The translations under genes and the position numbers were made by a program. Of a stretch of DNA of 64,000 nt, positions 9,913-19,337 are shown piece by piece. Source of the stretch: an uncultured Actinomycetota bacterium (GTDB lineage: Bacteria > Actinomycetota > Actinomycetes > Actinomycetales > Dermatophilaceae); contig CAWHHB010000005.1 of NCBI GenBank assembly GCA_963828995.1, positions 249,338 through 313,337 of the forward strand, written 5' to 3'. Position 1 is the first letter of the stretch; every line of letters begins with the position of its first letter. The notes beneath the pieces are model-generated. The model was not told the DNA's origin. It was given only the letters and a program-made list of their open reading frames with translations, and searched no databases.

Positions 9913-10944
9913 TCAGGTGACGAGGCTGCCGGTGACGGCGTCGGCGGTCTGGTCCAGGCTGTCCGGCGACCAGCCCTCAGCCCCGATCGACGTGAGCAGG
10001 TCCTTGCCGTAGAGGTCCTGCAGCCAGTTGGTCTGGTAGACGGTGTCGAGGTAACGCTCGCCGAGGTCCGGCGCGATGGCCACCGCGGTGAGGTCGCTCG
10101 CCGTCGTGCTGGGCCAGCCAGCCCATGGCCCCACTGACCACCGTGCCGGTCGAGCCGCCGAACAGGAACCCGCGGCGGGCGAGGCGGTGGCAGGCCCGGA
10201 CGGTGTCCACCTCCTCGACGCGCACGACCTCGTCGACGTACGACTCGTCGAGCAGCGGCGGACGCATGCTCATGCCCAGACCGGGGATCATCCGGCGGCC
10301 CGGTGCGTCGCCGAAGGTCACCGAGCCGACGGCGTCGACGGCGACGACCCGCACGGGCCGGTGCCACTCACGGAAGTAGCGCGCGCAGCCCATCAGGGTC
10401 CCGGTGGTGCCGGCCCCGACGAACAGCACGTCCAGCTGCGGGAAGCTGGCGGGCGATCGCCGGCGCCGTCGTGCGGTAGTGCGCCTTCCAGTTGCTCGGG
10501 TTGGTGTACTGGTTGAGCCAGACGTACCGCTCGTCGGAGGCGCACAGCGCGACGCACGTAGTCGATCCGCGCGCCGAGGAAGCCGCCGACGGCATCGGGC
10601 TCGGCGACGATGTGCACGTGGCTGCCCAGCGCCTCCATCAGCCGCCGGGTCGACAGGTTGCAGCGGGGGTCGGTCACGCACAGGAACCGGTAGCCCCTGC
10701 TGGCGGCGATCATGCTCAGCGCCACGCCGAGGTTGCCCGACGAGGACTCGACCAGGATCGAGTCCGGCCGCAGGATGCCGTCGCGCTCGGCGGCCTCCAC
10801 CATCTCGGTGGCGGCCTTGAGCTTGATCGAGCCGGCGAAGTTGAAGCCCTCGCACTTCAGGAAGAGCGAGTGCCCGAAGATGGACCGAAGGTCGACGTAG
10901 AGCTCGTCCTCGTTGAACGCCTCGGGGGCGGATATGACTGTCAC
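9913..10944 (-). CDS. sbnA: 2,3-diaminopropionate biosynthesis protein SbnA (PLP-dependent cysteine synthase family), frame-broken
   Basis: GTG 10944 is preceded by GAGGAGG 6 nt upstream. Sequence: VTVISAPEAFNEDELYVDLRSIFGHSLFLKCEGFNFAGSIKLKAA (PLP Lys)..ESSSGNLGVALSMIAASRGYRFLCVTDP..ERYVWLNQYTNPSNWKAHY..VGAGTTGTLMGCARYF..GFLFGGSTGTV..AIAPDLGERYLDTVY. At least 3 frame breaks (ORFs 10393..11031, 10368..10595, 9977..10855, 9913..10134). Confidence 0.8.
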
Positions 10945-11422
10945 TATGGCCTCCTCATGTAACGCAGCGGGTCGGTGTCGATCTGCTCTGACATCGACTG
11001 TGCCGCCGGAGCCCCGGCTGCCGACAGGCACCCCAGGGCTGGGAGGGCCGCCACCTTGGGTCCGTCTTCGTCTACCCCGGGTCCGCCGTCCGCCGCCCGA
11101 GCAGGATCGACGGGCCGTCGCTGCTGGCGCTCAAGAAGGAACCTGGCCCCCGGCGCCTGACGGACAAAGGGGCTGGTTGGGGTGGTAACAGACACGAAGT
11201 TCTCCTCGCGGTGGTCATCCGTGCGCACCTTGCGGGCGTCATCTGCTGGTGTGTCCCTCAAGGCTCACCGACTCGCCGCCGAGGGCTCTACCGCATACGA
11301 CGCACGTTGACCTCCCGAAAACTTCCCTCACCCGGGCGTCTCGCGCTGTGTACGACTTGCACGGCCTTGTGCGGTTTGTCTTGATTGGGAGGGTCTTGGA
11401 CGCTCTGGGCTCAGGCGGCGGG

Positions 11423-12676
11423 TCAGGACCGGCGGCGCGAGGGTGGCCGTGAGTCCACCAGATCGCGCGCCAGACGACAGCTCGTGGACACCAGTGCCTC
11501 GAGCGGTCCCCGGGGCTCCGTACGGCTCCAGACGCCGGCGAACGCCAGGCAGCCCAGGACCAGCGCTGCGTAGAGCACCACGGGATGGTCCTCGAGCGGG
11601 TACACCGACAGCACCAGGATGTGGGCCGTGTACAGCGTCAGGGCCATGCTGCCGGCAACCGCGACGAGCCGGACCAGCCGCCCGTGCCGGCGCGACCGGG
11701 CCACCAGCAGGCAGACTCCCAGCACCGCCATCGCCACCCCGAGGTCGTGCAGCATCCGCAGCGGGGTGACCGTGTACGGCGCGCGCTGCGCCAGCCACCA
11801 CCACGAGAGGACGGGGTCGGGGTCCCAGAGGACCACGTTGCGCGCCTGGGACGCGCCCAGGTGGGCCGGGGCGGCGGCCCGCAGGTGCTGCAGGCCGCCG
11901 AGCTGGAGCATCAGCAGGGAGGCGACCAGCCACGACACGAGCGCCAGGGCGGCCCCGCCGGCAGCGAGCCTGGCCGCCACCCGCCGCGCGGAGAGGTCCA
12001 GCCGCCCGATCGCGATCCCGGCGCAGATGAAGGCGAGATACTCCACCACCGGGTAGGAGCCGCTCACGAGCAGCGTCGTCGCCAGCTCGACCGGATGGGC
12101 CAGCGCGCCGACCGTGGGCTCGTCCGTGTTCAGGTCGGCGCCGAACGAGGCCAGGACGACCAGGGGCGCGATCACCACGAGCGACAAGGCAATTGACGCC
12201 AGGGCTCGCGAGCTCAACCGGATCAGGGGGATCGCCAGCAGGAACATCGCGCCGTAGTAGGGCAGGATCACGTCCGCGGGCGGGTCGGTGTAGTTGAGGA
12301 CGAGACCGATGAGGCCGATCAGCAGGGCGCGGGTCGCCATCGAGGCGGCCGTGCCGGCGTCCGGCCAGCCGGGCCCAGCGCCGGCCCGTGAGCTGGAGCT
12401 GCTCCGCTGGGCGGCCAGCGCCAGGCTCACGCCGGCCAGCAGGACGAAGGTCGCCAACGCGTGTCCGGCCACCAGCTGCTGGGTGCGGCTGGGGGAGTAG
12501 TCGCTGTGCAGCGTCGCGAAGACGTGCACCGCCATCATGCCCATCAGCGCCACGCCCCGCGCGAGGTCGACGCCCAGGACCCGCCCCCGTCGCGGCCGCA
12601 GGCCGGCCGGCTCGCCCACCCGGTCGGGCGGGGGCGGAACGATGTCGGCGCGGTCTGCGTCGGCGTGCTCGGCCAT
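11423..12676 (-). CDS. Polytopic membrane protein, DUF418/DUF1624-like (acyltransferase-like)
   Basis: Intact ORF 11423..12790. The likely start is MAEHADADR at 12676. It has multiple hydrophobic helices (LGVDLARGVALMGMMAVHVF.., ..LTLYTAHILVL..). This is a family-level guess from sequence pattern only. Confidence 0.45.
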   Translation of the reverse strand: MAEHADADRADIVPPPPDRVGEPAGLRPRRGRVLGVDLARGVALMGMMAVHVFATLHSDYSPSRTQQLVAGHALATFVLLAGVSLALAAQRSSSSSRAGAGPGWPDAGTAASMATRALLIGLIGLVLNYTDPPADVILPYYGAMFLLAIPLIRLSSRALASIALSLVVIAPLVVLASFGADLNTDEPTVGALAHPVELATTLLVSGSYPVVEYLAFICAGIAIGRLDLSARRVAARLAAGGAALALVSWLVASLLMLQLGGLQHLRAAAPAHLGASQARNVVLWDPDPVLSWWWLAQRAPYTVTPLRMLHDLGVAMAVLGVCLLVARSRRHGRLVRLVAVAGSMALTLYTAHILVLSVYPLEDHPVVLYAALVLGCLAFAGVWSRTEPRGPLEALVSTSCRLARDLVDSRPPSRRRS

Positions 12677-12860
12677 GTCGGCTCCCGTCGGTCGAGGACT
12701 CCCCGTTTCGCCCGGTCTGCGGCGGGCACCGGTGTCGTCGAGTGATTTGATTGCGTTCAGGGAGAATGCCATTCGCGCTGTCAGGATCACTGGGAGGGAA
12801 GTTACGTGGTTTCCGCCGAGAGCGACAGAGCCCGAAGGGTGAACGGGTCATCCTTGGGAC

Positions 12861-13415
12861 ATGGACATCGACTGGGCATACGAGCTCGTGGAGCAGGTTG
12901 ACTGGCACTGGCGTGAACAGCTGCGTCCCCGGTACGACGGGCTGAGTGACGAGGAGTACTTCTGGGAGCCGGTGGCCAACTGCTGGAACGTCCATCCCCG
13001 GGGACAGGGTCGGGCGCGGATCGCGGCAGGCGCAGGGGATTTCGTCATCGACTTCGACTACCCGGAACCCTCGCCCGTGCCCGTCACGACCATCGCCTGG
13101 CGGTTGGCACACATGGTCGTGGGCGTGCTCGGTGCCCGGGTGGCCAGCCACTTCGACGGTCCCGCCGTCGACTACCAGAGCTTCGACTACGCGGGTACCG
13201 CTGAGCGGGCGCTACAGCAGCTCGACGGCGTCTACGCAGCGTGGCGCAGCGGTGTCATCGGTCTCGGGGAAGAGGGGCTCGCCCGACCGTGCGGACCTGC
13301 GGAAGGACCGTTCGCGGCCTATCCGATGGCGGCGCTGGTGCTGCACATCAACCGCGAGATGCTGCACCACGGCGCTGAGGTCGCCCTGCTGCGCGACCTG
13401 TACGCCAACCGCTGA
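12861..13415 (+). CDS. DinB-family protein
   Basis: Intact 184-aa ORF with a DinB-like four-helix pattern: WHWREQLRPRYDGLSDEEYFWEPV..TIAWRLAHM..HINREMLHHGAEVALLRDLY. Confidence 0.6.
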   Translation: MDIDWAYELVEQVDWHWREQLRPRYDGLSDEEYFWEPVANCWNVHPRGQGRARIAAGAGDFVIDFDYPEPSPVPVTTIAWRLAHMVVGVLGARVASHFDGPAVDYQSFDYAGTAERALQQLDGVYAAWRSGVIGLGEEGLARPCGPAEGPFAAYPMAALVLHINREMLHHGAEVALLRDLYANR

Positions 13416-13510
13416 TCTCTGTCTCTGCTGGGCGGCTGGTCCGCGAGTCGCCTTGGCAGCAAAGCGGATTGGGCCTGTGGATGGTCTTCCGCGGAATGCG
13501 GCCTGGCTGC

Positions 13511-13516
13511 TAGAAT
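13511..13516 (+). promoter_or_regulatory. Candidate -10 hexamer (TAGAAT) for a leaderless transcript of the DUF222-HNH gene
   Basis: TAGAAT lies 7 nt upstream of ATG 13524, with no Shine-Dalgarno in between. This spacing fits the actinobacterial leaderless mRNA layout. Confidence 0.3.
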
Positions 13517-13523
13517 CGTACGT

Positions 13524-14962
13524 ATGTTCGAGTCCAGCGTGGATGAGGTGGCGGCCGGGGATCTGGCCGGGCTGGCCGCCGCGCTGCTGGGGCTGACCGC
13601 CCGGGACGTGCTGGGTGGTGATCTGGCCTCGGCGCAGGCGGTGGTCGCGGCCACGCAGCGGGTGCTGAACGCGGTCTCGGCGGTGCAGGTGCTGGGGATC
13701 GAGGCGTGGGCGCGGCGGACCGGGTGAGGGCATCGCGGCGGACCGGGCGGCCTGGGGTGCGGCGCACCCGGGGCGGGCCTATCCCGGGCCGCGGGATGAG
13801 CACGAGTTCATGGACTGTGAGCTGGCGCCGGTGCTGCACGTGGCCCCGCGCACCGCGCAGCGGACCTATGAGACGGCCCGGACGGTGTGCGCGGTGCTGC
13901 CGGCCACCTGGGCGGCGATGCGGGCCGGTGACCTGGAGCCGGCCCGGGCCGAGGCGATCGCCCAGGAGGTGCCCCGGCTGCGCCCGGAGGTCTGCGCCCG
14001 GGTCGAGCAGGTGCTGTTTCCGGCCGTGCTGGGCCTGCCGACCGCCCGGGTGCGGGCCGCGGCCCGGCGGGCGGTCGCGGTGGCCGACCCGGACGAGGTC
14101 GCCGAGCGGGCGGCCCGGGCCCGGGCGGCCCGGTTCGTCCTGGTCCGCCCCGGCCTGGATCCGGGGATGAGCGAGTGGGTCGCCGCGCAGCCGGCCGAGT
14201 CCAGCGCCGCGGCCTGGGCCGCGGTGGACGAGCTGGCGCACGCCTACGTCGCCGACGGCGAGCACCGGTCGCTGGAGCCAGGCCCGGGCCGACGCGATGA
14301 TCGACCTGATCCTGGGCCAGGCCACGATCACCACCACGGTCGACCTCAGCATTCCGCTCAGCGCCCTGACCGCGGTGAGCGCGCCGACCGCCCCGACCGG
14401 TCCCGGCGAGGCCACCCGCGGCGACGCTGACCGCGACGCGGCCGGTGTCGGTGGCGGGCAGGGTGGCGGCTGCTCCTGCGGCGGCCACCGATCCCGGGGG
14501 CTTGCCGAGGTGGTCCTGCAGCTGCCGCGGGTCGGGATCGAGGCGGCCCGGGTCGGGCTGATCCCGACCGAGGCGCTGACCGCGCTGCTGACCGACCCCG
14601 ACACCCGGTACCGGGCCGTGCTGCACGACCCGGACACCGGCGCCCTGCTCGCCGTCGACGCCCGGGTCTACCGCCCCCACGAGGCGACCGCCCGGTTCGT
14701 CCGCCGCCGCGACGGCACCTGCCGCTTCCCCGGCTGCGCCACCCCCGCCGCCCGCGCCGACCTCGACCACGTCACCACCTTCGCCACCGGCGGAGACACC
14801 GACCCACCCAACCTGATCACCCTCTGCCGGCGCCACCACCGCCTCAAGCACCACGGCGGCTGGACCCTGACCATGACCCCCACCGGCCACGCCACCTGGA
14901 CCAACGGCATCGGCCAGCGCTACCAAACCCACCCCCTCGACCACCGCCACCTCGCCGCCTAG
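13524..14962 (+). CDS. DUF222 domain / HNH endonuclease (REP13E12-like family), frame-broken
   Basis: Three frame segments: 13524..13727, 13810..14430 and 14297..14962. The C-terminal HNH region is RFVRRRDGTCRFPGCATPAARADLDHVTTFATGGDTDPPNLITLCRRHHRLKHHGGW. Frame breaks fall near 13725 and 14285. Confidence 0.75.
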
Positions 14963-15032
14963 CCAGGCGGCGCGGGGCACGGGTCAGCCTGACCAGCGTG
15001 CCGGCTCCCGCTGGTGCTGCCACTCTAAGCAG

Positions 15033-15557
15033 ATGGCGCTGTCGGTCTGCCTGCTGTTCGACCCCAGGGGCGAGCACGCGGTCCGTGCCCTCTGGTCCCG
15101 TCTGGAGGGGCACGGCGTGCCGACCCTGGCCACGCACACCCATGGTCGGCACCACCCGCACCTGTCCTACGCGGTCCTGCTGCGCTGGGACCTCCAGCTC
15201 GTGCAGGATGCGCTGGCCGTCCTGCCCGACGGGGGACCGTTCCCGATGACGTTCCAGGGCATGGTCGCCTTCCCCCGGGGCCGCGCCTGCCTCGCGCCGT
15301 CGTTGCCGGCGGCGGTGGTGGCGCGACAGGAGGCGGTGTCCACCGCCCTCTCGGCCTGTGGCGCGCTGGTGCACCACCACTACGAGCCCGGACGGTGGGT
15401 CCCGCACTGCTCGCTGTCGCCGCGCGCCAACGGTGGAGCGCTGCCCGTGGTGGCCCAGGCGGTCAGCGACGTGCTGCCGCTGACGGTCCATGCCGCCCGC
15501 GTCGCGCTGGTCGACAGCGCGACCGGTCAGACGTGGCTGCTGCCCACGACGCCGTGA
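15033..15557 (+). CDS. 2H phosphoesterase / 2'-5' RNA ligase superfamily protein
   Basis: Intact 174-aa ORF with two HxS/T-type motifs (HPHLSY and VPHCSL) at the typical spacing. Confidence 0.55.
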   Translation: MALSVCLLFDPRGEHAVRALWSRLEGHGVPTLATHTHGRHHPHLSYAVLLRWDLQLVQDALAVLPDGGPFPMTFQGMVAFPRGRACLAPSLPAAVVARQEAVSTALSACGALVHHHYEPGRWVPHCSLSPRANGGALPVVAQAVSDVLPLTVHAARVALVDSATGQTWLLPTTP

Positions 15558-15722
15558 GTCATCAACAGTCCGAAACCCTGGGGGAGTGCGCTCGTCGGCG
15601 CTGGTCGTGAGGGTGCGCCCTGCCGAGGCGAGGCGAGGCGGGGTGGGGCTGGCCGAGCTGGCGTTGCTCGGTGCAGGGCGAGGCGGTTCGGTGCAGGGCG
15701 AGGCGGTCGCTGCAGGCGGTGG

Positions 15723-16680
15723 TCAGGGCTTGGGCTGGATGACGGCGACCGGTCCGCCCGCCGCGTGCAGGACCGCATGGCTCACCGAGCCGAGGAGCAT
15801 GCCGGTGAAGCCACCGTGACCGCGTGAGCCCACGACGACGATCCCGGCGTCTGCCGATGCGGCGGCGAGCGCCTGACCGGCCCGGCCCTCGACGGCCTGG
15901 CCGGCCACGTCCAGGTCGGGGTGACTCGCCTGCACCATGCCGACCGCCTCGGCGACGACCTGCTCCGCGCGCTCACGTTTGGCGCTGTGCAGGCCGGCTG
16001 TCGTGGGGCGCCGCGTCCCAGTACGCGCGAGCCCACGTCTCGCTGGCGGGCACCTGCCACACCGAGATGACCGTGAGCGGCGCCTCCCAGGTGGCCGCCA
16101 GGTCGGCTGCGAACGTCACGGCCGACGCGGCCGCGAGCGAGCCGTCCACCCCGACCACGACGGGGCGGCCGGGTCCGGGCGGGAGGGCGGGACCGGTGGG
16201 GACGAGCACCACCGGGCAGCAGGCGTGGGCGATGACGGTGAGCGACCTGGCGCCGAGCAGGGCCGAGGTGAAGGCGCCGTGCTCGGCGCGACCGAGCACC
16301 AGCAGGCTCGCCTGCCGGGACGCCTCGACGAGGGCGCCGGCGGCACCACCCGTGGCCGGGAAGCTGCTCGCCTGCACCCCGGGCCCCACCGACAGTGCGC
16401 GCGAGACGCCCTCGTCCGCCACCGCGGTGGCCCGCTCCAGGGCGACGTCACGCAGGTGCTCGGTGCTCGCGCCGGGCCAGACGGGCACGGACGAGTAGTC
16501 CACGGCCGTCAGCACCCGCACGCCGGTGTGCGACTGCGCCGCGGCCGCGGCGGCCCAGTCGACCGCAGCGGAGGCGGAGGGGGAGCCGTCGTACCCGACG
16601 ACGACCGGCTTGGGACTCTGCGTCTCGCGCGGCCGGTCGGGTGCGGGGGCGTCGGCAGGCTCGTGCTCGGCAGCGGTCAT
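15723..16680 (-). CDS. Tandem universal stress protein (two UspA domains), one frame break
   Basis: Domain 1: PVVVGYDGSPSASAAVDWAA..LLVLGRAEHGAFTSALLGARSLTVIAHACCPVVLV. Domain 2: VVVGVDGSLAAASAV..IVVVGSRGHGGFTGMLLGSVSHAVLHAAGGPVAVI. ATG 16680. The frame break is near 15960. Confidence 0.7.
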
Positions 16681-16890
16681 GCAGTCACGGTCGAGCCCGC
16701 CGACCGGCGCCGGGCAGGGGCGAAGGTCCTCCGGCGGTGGCCCGACCCCGCCGGCGGTCAACGGGTCCGGCCGGTCCCCGTCGCGCCGACGACCGGGCCG
16801 AGTCGCCTCGCGGCGGCGCGGGTGCCTGCGGCGATGGACGCGCAGCCTCGTAGGGTCGAGGAGACACCCGCTCCCTGCGAGAGGCGACCC

Positions 16891-18127
16891 ATGACCCTGC
16901 ACGTCGAGTCCGTCCGTGCGCAGTTCCCCGCACTGCGCGGCGGGACCGCCCACTTCGACGGTCCGGGCGGCTCCCAGGTGCCCCGCTGCGTCGCCGAGGC
17001 GGTCGCCTCGACCCTGCTCGGTGGGCTCTCCAACCGGGGCCACGTCAGCGCCGCCTCCCGCCGCGCCGACCAGGTCGTGCTCGAGGCCCGGTCCGCGATG
17101 GCCGACCTCGTCGGCGCCGACCCGCGCGGCGTCGTCTTCGGCCGCAGCATGACCTCCCTGACCTACGACCTGGCACGGACGCTGGCGCGCACGTGGTCAC
17201 CCGGCGACGAGGTGGTGGTGACCCGGCTGGACCACGACGCGAACATCCGGCCCTGGGTGCAGGCCGCGGCGGCGGTCGGGGCGACCGTGCGCTGGGTCGG
17301 GTTCGACCGCGACACCGGCGAGCTGCGTCCCGAGGACGTCGCGGCCGAGCTGTCCGGGCGCACCCGCCTGGTGGCGGTCACCGGAGCCTCCAACCTGCTG
17401 GGCACCCGGCCCGACCTGCCGGCGATCGCCGACCTGGTGCACGCCCGTGACGCGCTGTTCTTCGTCGACGGTGTGCACCTCGTCCCGCACGCCCCGGTGG
17501 ATCTCACCGCCCTCGGAGCCGACGTCCTGGTCTGCTCCCCGTACAAGTTCTTCGGCCCGCACTGCGGTGTCCTCGCGGCGCGCCCCGGGCTGCTCGAGAC
17601 GCTGGAGCCGGACAAGCTGCTGCCCTCCAGCGACGCGGTCCCCGACCGGTTCGAGCTCGGCACCCTGCCGTTCGAGCTGATGGCCGGGACGACCGCGGCC
17701 GTGGACTTCATCGCCGGCCTGTCCCCGCAGGCCACCGGCACCCGGCGCGAGCGGGTGCTGGCGTCGATGGCCGTGGTCGAGGCGCACGAGGACGAGCTGC
17801 TGGGTGACCTCGAGTCCCGCCTGGCCGCACTCGACGGGGTGGTGCTGCACGGACGTGCCGCCGAGCGCACGCCCACGGTGCTCTTCACGGTGCCGGGCCG
17901 GGACCCGGCCGCGGGTGAGCGCTGCGCTGGCCGAGGTCGGTGTCAACGCCCCGTCCGGGTCGTTCTACGCGATCGAGGCGTCCCGCTGGATGGGACTCGG
18001 TGCCGCGGGCGGCATCCGCGCGGGCATCGCCCCCTACACCGACGCCGGTGACGTCGACCGGTTGGTCGACGCCGTCCGGAGCACGCTGGACGGCGGCTGC
18101 ACGCTGGACGGCGGCCGGCGGGGGTGA
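16891..18127 (+). CDS. Class V aminotransferase, cysteine desulfurase-like protein, one frame break
   Basis: MTLHVESVRAQFPAL..FDGPGGSQVP..VAVTGASNLLGTRPDL..FFVDGVHLVPHAPVD..VCSPYKFFGPHCGVL. The C-terminus is in ORF 17804..18127. The frame break is near 17905. Confidence 0.7.
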
Positions 18128-18178
18128 GCGACGCCGTCCGCCGCGGGGCGGGCCGGCGGGCCCACTCCGGGCGTGGGA

Positions 18179-18197
18179 TAAGGTAAGGCTGTCCTAA
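18179..18197. promoter_or_regulatory. IdeR/DtxR-type iron box candidate
   Basis: TAAGGTAAGGCTGTCCTAA matches the mycobacterial IdeR consensus TTAGGTTAGGCTAACCTAA at 15/19 positions, and the degenerate TWAGGTWAGSCTWACCTWA at 18/19. It overlaps the ATG (18197) of the Fe3+ ABC substrate-binding gene and is an AT-rich island in GC-rich DNA. Confidence 0.5.
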
Positions 18198-19275
18198 TGA
18201 AACCGACAGTAAGTGAGACCAACGTGCGTATCCGTGGACGTTCGGCAACCGTGGTGGCCGGTGGACTGACGGCCGTGCTGGCTCTGGCGGCCTGCGGCTC
18301 CGGCAGCGGGGCGCCGGCAGCAGCGGCGCCGGCTCGGGGGGAGACGCGACCACGCTGACCCTCTACAACGCCCAGCACGAGGACCTGATGAAGCTCATGG
18401 TGGCCGGCTTCACCAAGGAGACCGGCATCAAGGTCAACATGCGCAACGGTGAGGACTTCGAGCTGGCGAACCAGATCGTGCAGGAGGGCAAGGCCTCCCC
18501 GGCCGACGTGTTCGTCACCGAGAACTCCCCGGCCATGACCCTGGTCGACGGCGCCAAGGGCTTCACCAAGGTCGACGCGGCCGCGCTCAACCAGGTGCCC
18601 TCGCAGTTCGCCCCCAAGGACGGCAACTGGGTCGGTTTCGCCGCCCGCTCGACGGTGCTGGCCTACAACAAGACCCAGCTCAAGCCGGCTCAGCTGCCGG
18701 CCTCGATCCTCGACCTGGCCAAGCCGCAGTGGAAGGGCAAGATCGGCATCGCCTCGGCCGGCGCCGACTTCCAGGCCATCGTCAGCGCGGTCGTGGCGCT
18801 CGAGGGCGAGGCCAAGGCGGAGCAGTGGCTCAAGGGCCTGAAGGAGAACGCCAAGGTCTACCGCGGCAACAACGCCGTGATGCAGGCGGTCGACAAGGGC
18901 GAGATCCAGGCGGGCGTGATCTACCACTACTACTGGTTCAAGGACCAGGCCGAGTCCGGCGAGAACAGCAACAACACCTCGCTGCACTACTTCGGCAACA
19001 AGGACCCCGGTGCGTTCCTGTCCGTCTCCGGAGCCGGCGTGCTCGCCACGAGCAAGCACCAGAAGCAGGCCCAGCAGCTGGTGACGTTCCTGAACGGCCC
19101 CGAGGGCCAGAAGATCCTCGCCGACAGCGCCGCCATGGAGTACCCGATCGGCAAGGGCGCCACCGCCAACAAGGCGCTCAAGCCGCTGACCGAGCTCGAC
19201 CCGCCCACGGTCGAGGTGTCCACCCTCAACGGCAGCAAGGTCGTCGAGCTGATGCAGCAGGCCGGTCTGCTCTGA
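18197..19275 (+). CDS. Fe(3+) ABC transporter substrate-binding lipoprotein (FbpA/AfuA-like), one frame break
   Basis: The signal peptide has a lipobox: MKPTVSETNVRIRGRSATVVAGGLTAVLALAACGSG. After a frame break near 18340 the sequence continues LTLYNAQHEDLMKLMVAGFTKETGIKV..VFVTENSPAM..GFAARSTVLAYN (ORF 18388..19275). Confidence 0.75.
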
Positions 19276-19337
19276 GCATCCGCACCGAGGAGGTCCACCG
19301 GGCACGGGCCGGGAGTCAGCGCGCTGGCTTCCCGCCC

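Noticed and set aside
11250-11275. IdeR-like half-site (tccctcAAGGCTCACCgac) in the sbnA leader, which would support a siderophore role.
   Set aside because: Only about 10-11 of 19 positions match, and only one half of the palindrome is convincing. That is too weak to call without a PWM score.
11040-11330. Riboswitch in the sbnA leader (cobalamin, SAM, glycine or TPP considered).
   Set aside because: I could not find the conserved cores by eye (B12 box, SAM-I junction, glycine CACCG/GGAGA pattern, TPP CUGAGA). It needs a covariance-model scan.
12741-12791. AGTGAT ... ATCACT inverted repeat in the divergent spacer between the membrane protein and DinB genes, as a possible operator.
   Set aside because: Only 6 bp pair cleanly, the arms are ~40 nt apart, and no regulator gene lies adjacent. 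It is indistinguishable from chance.
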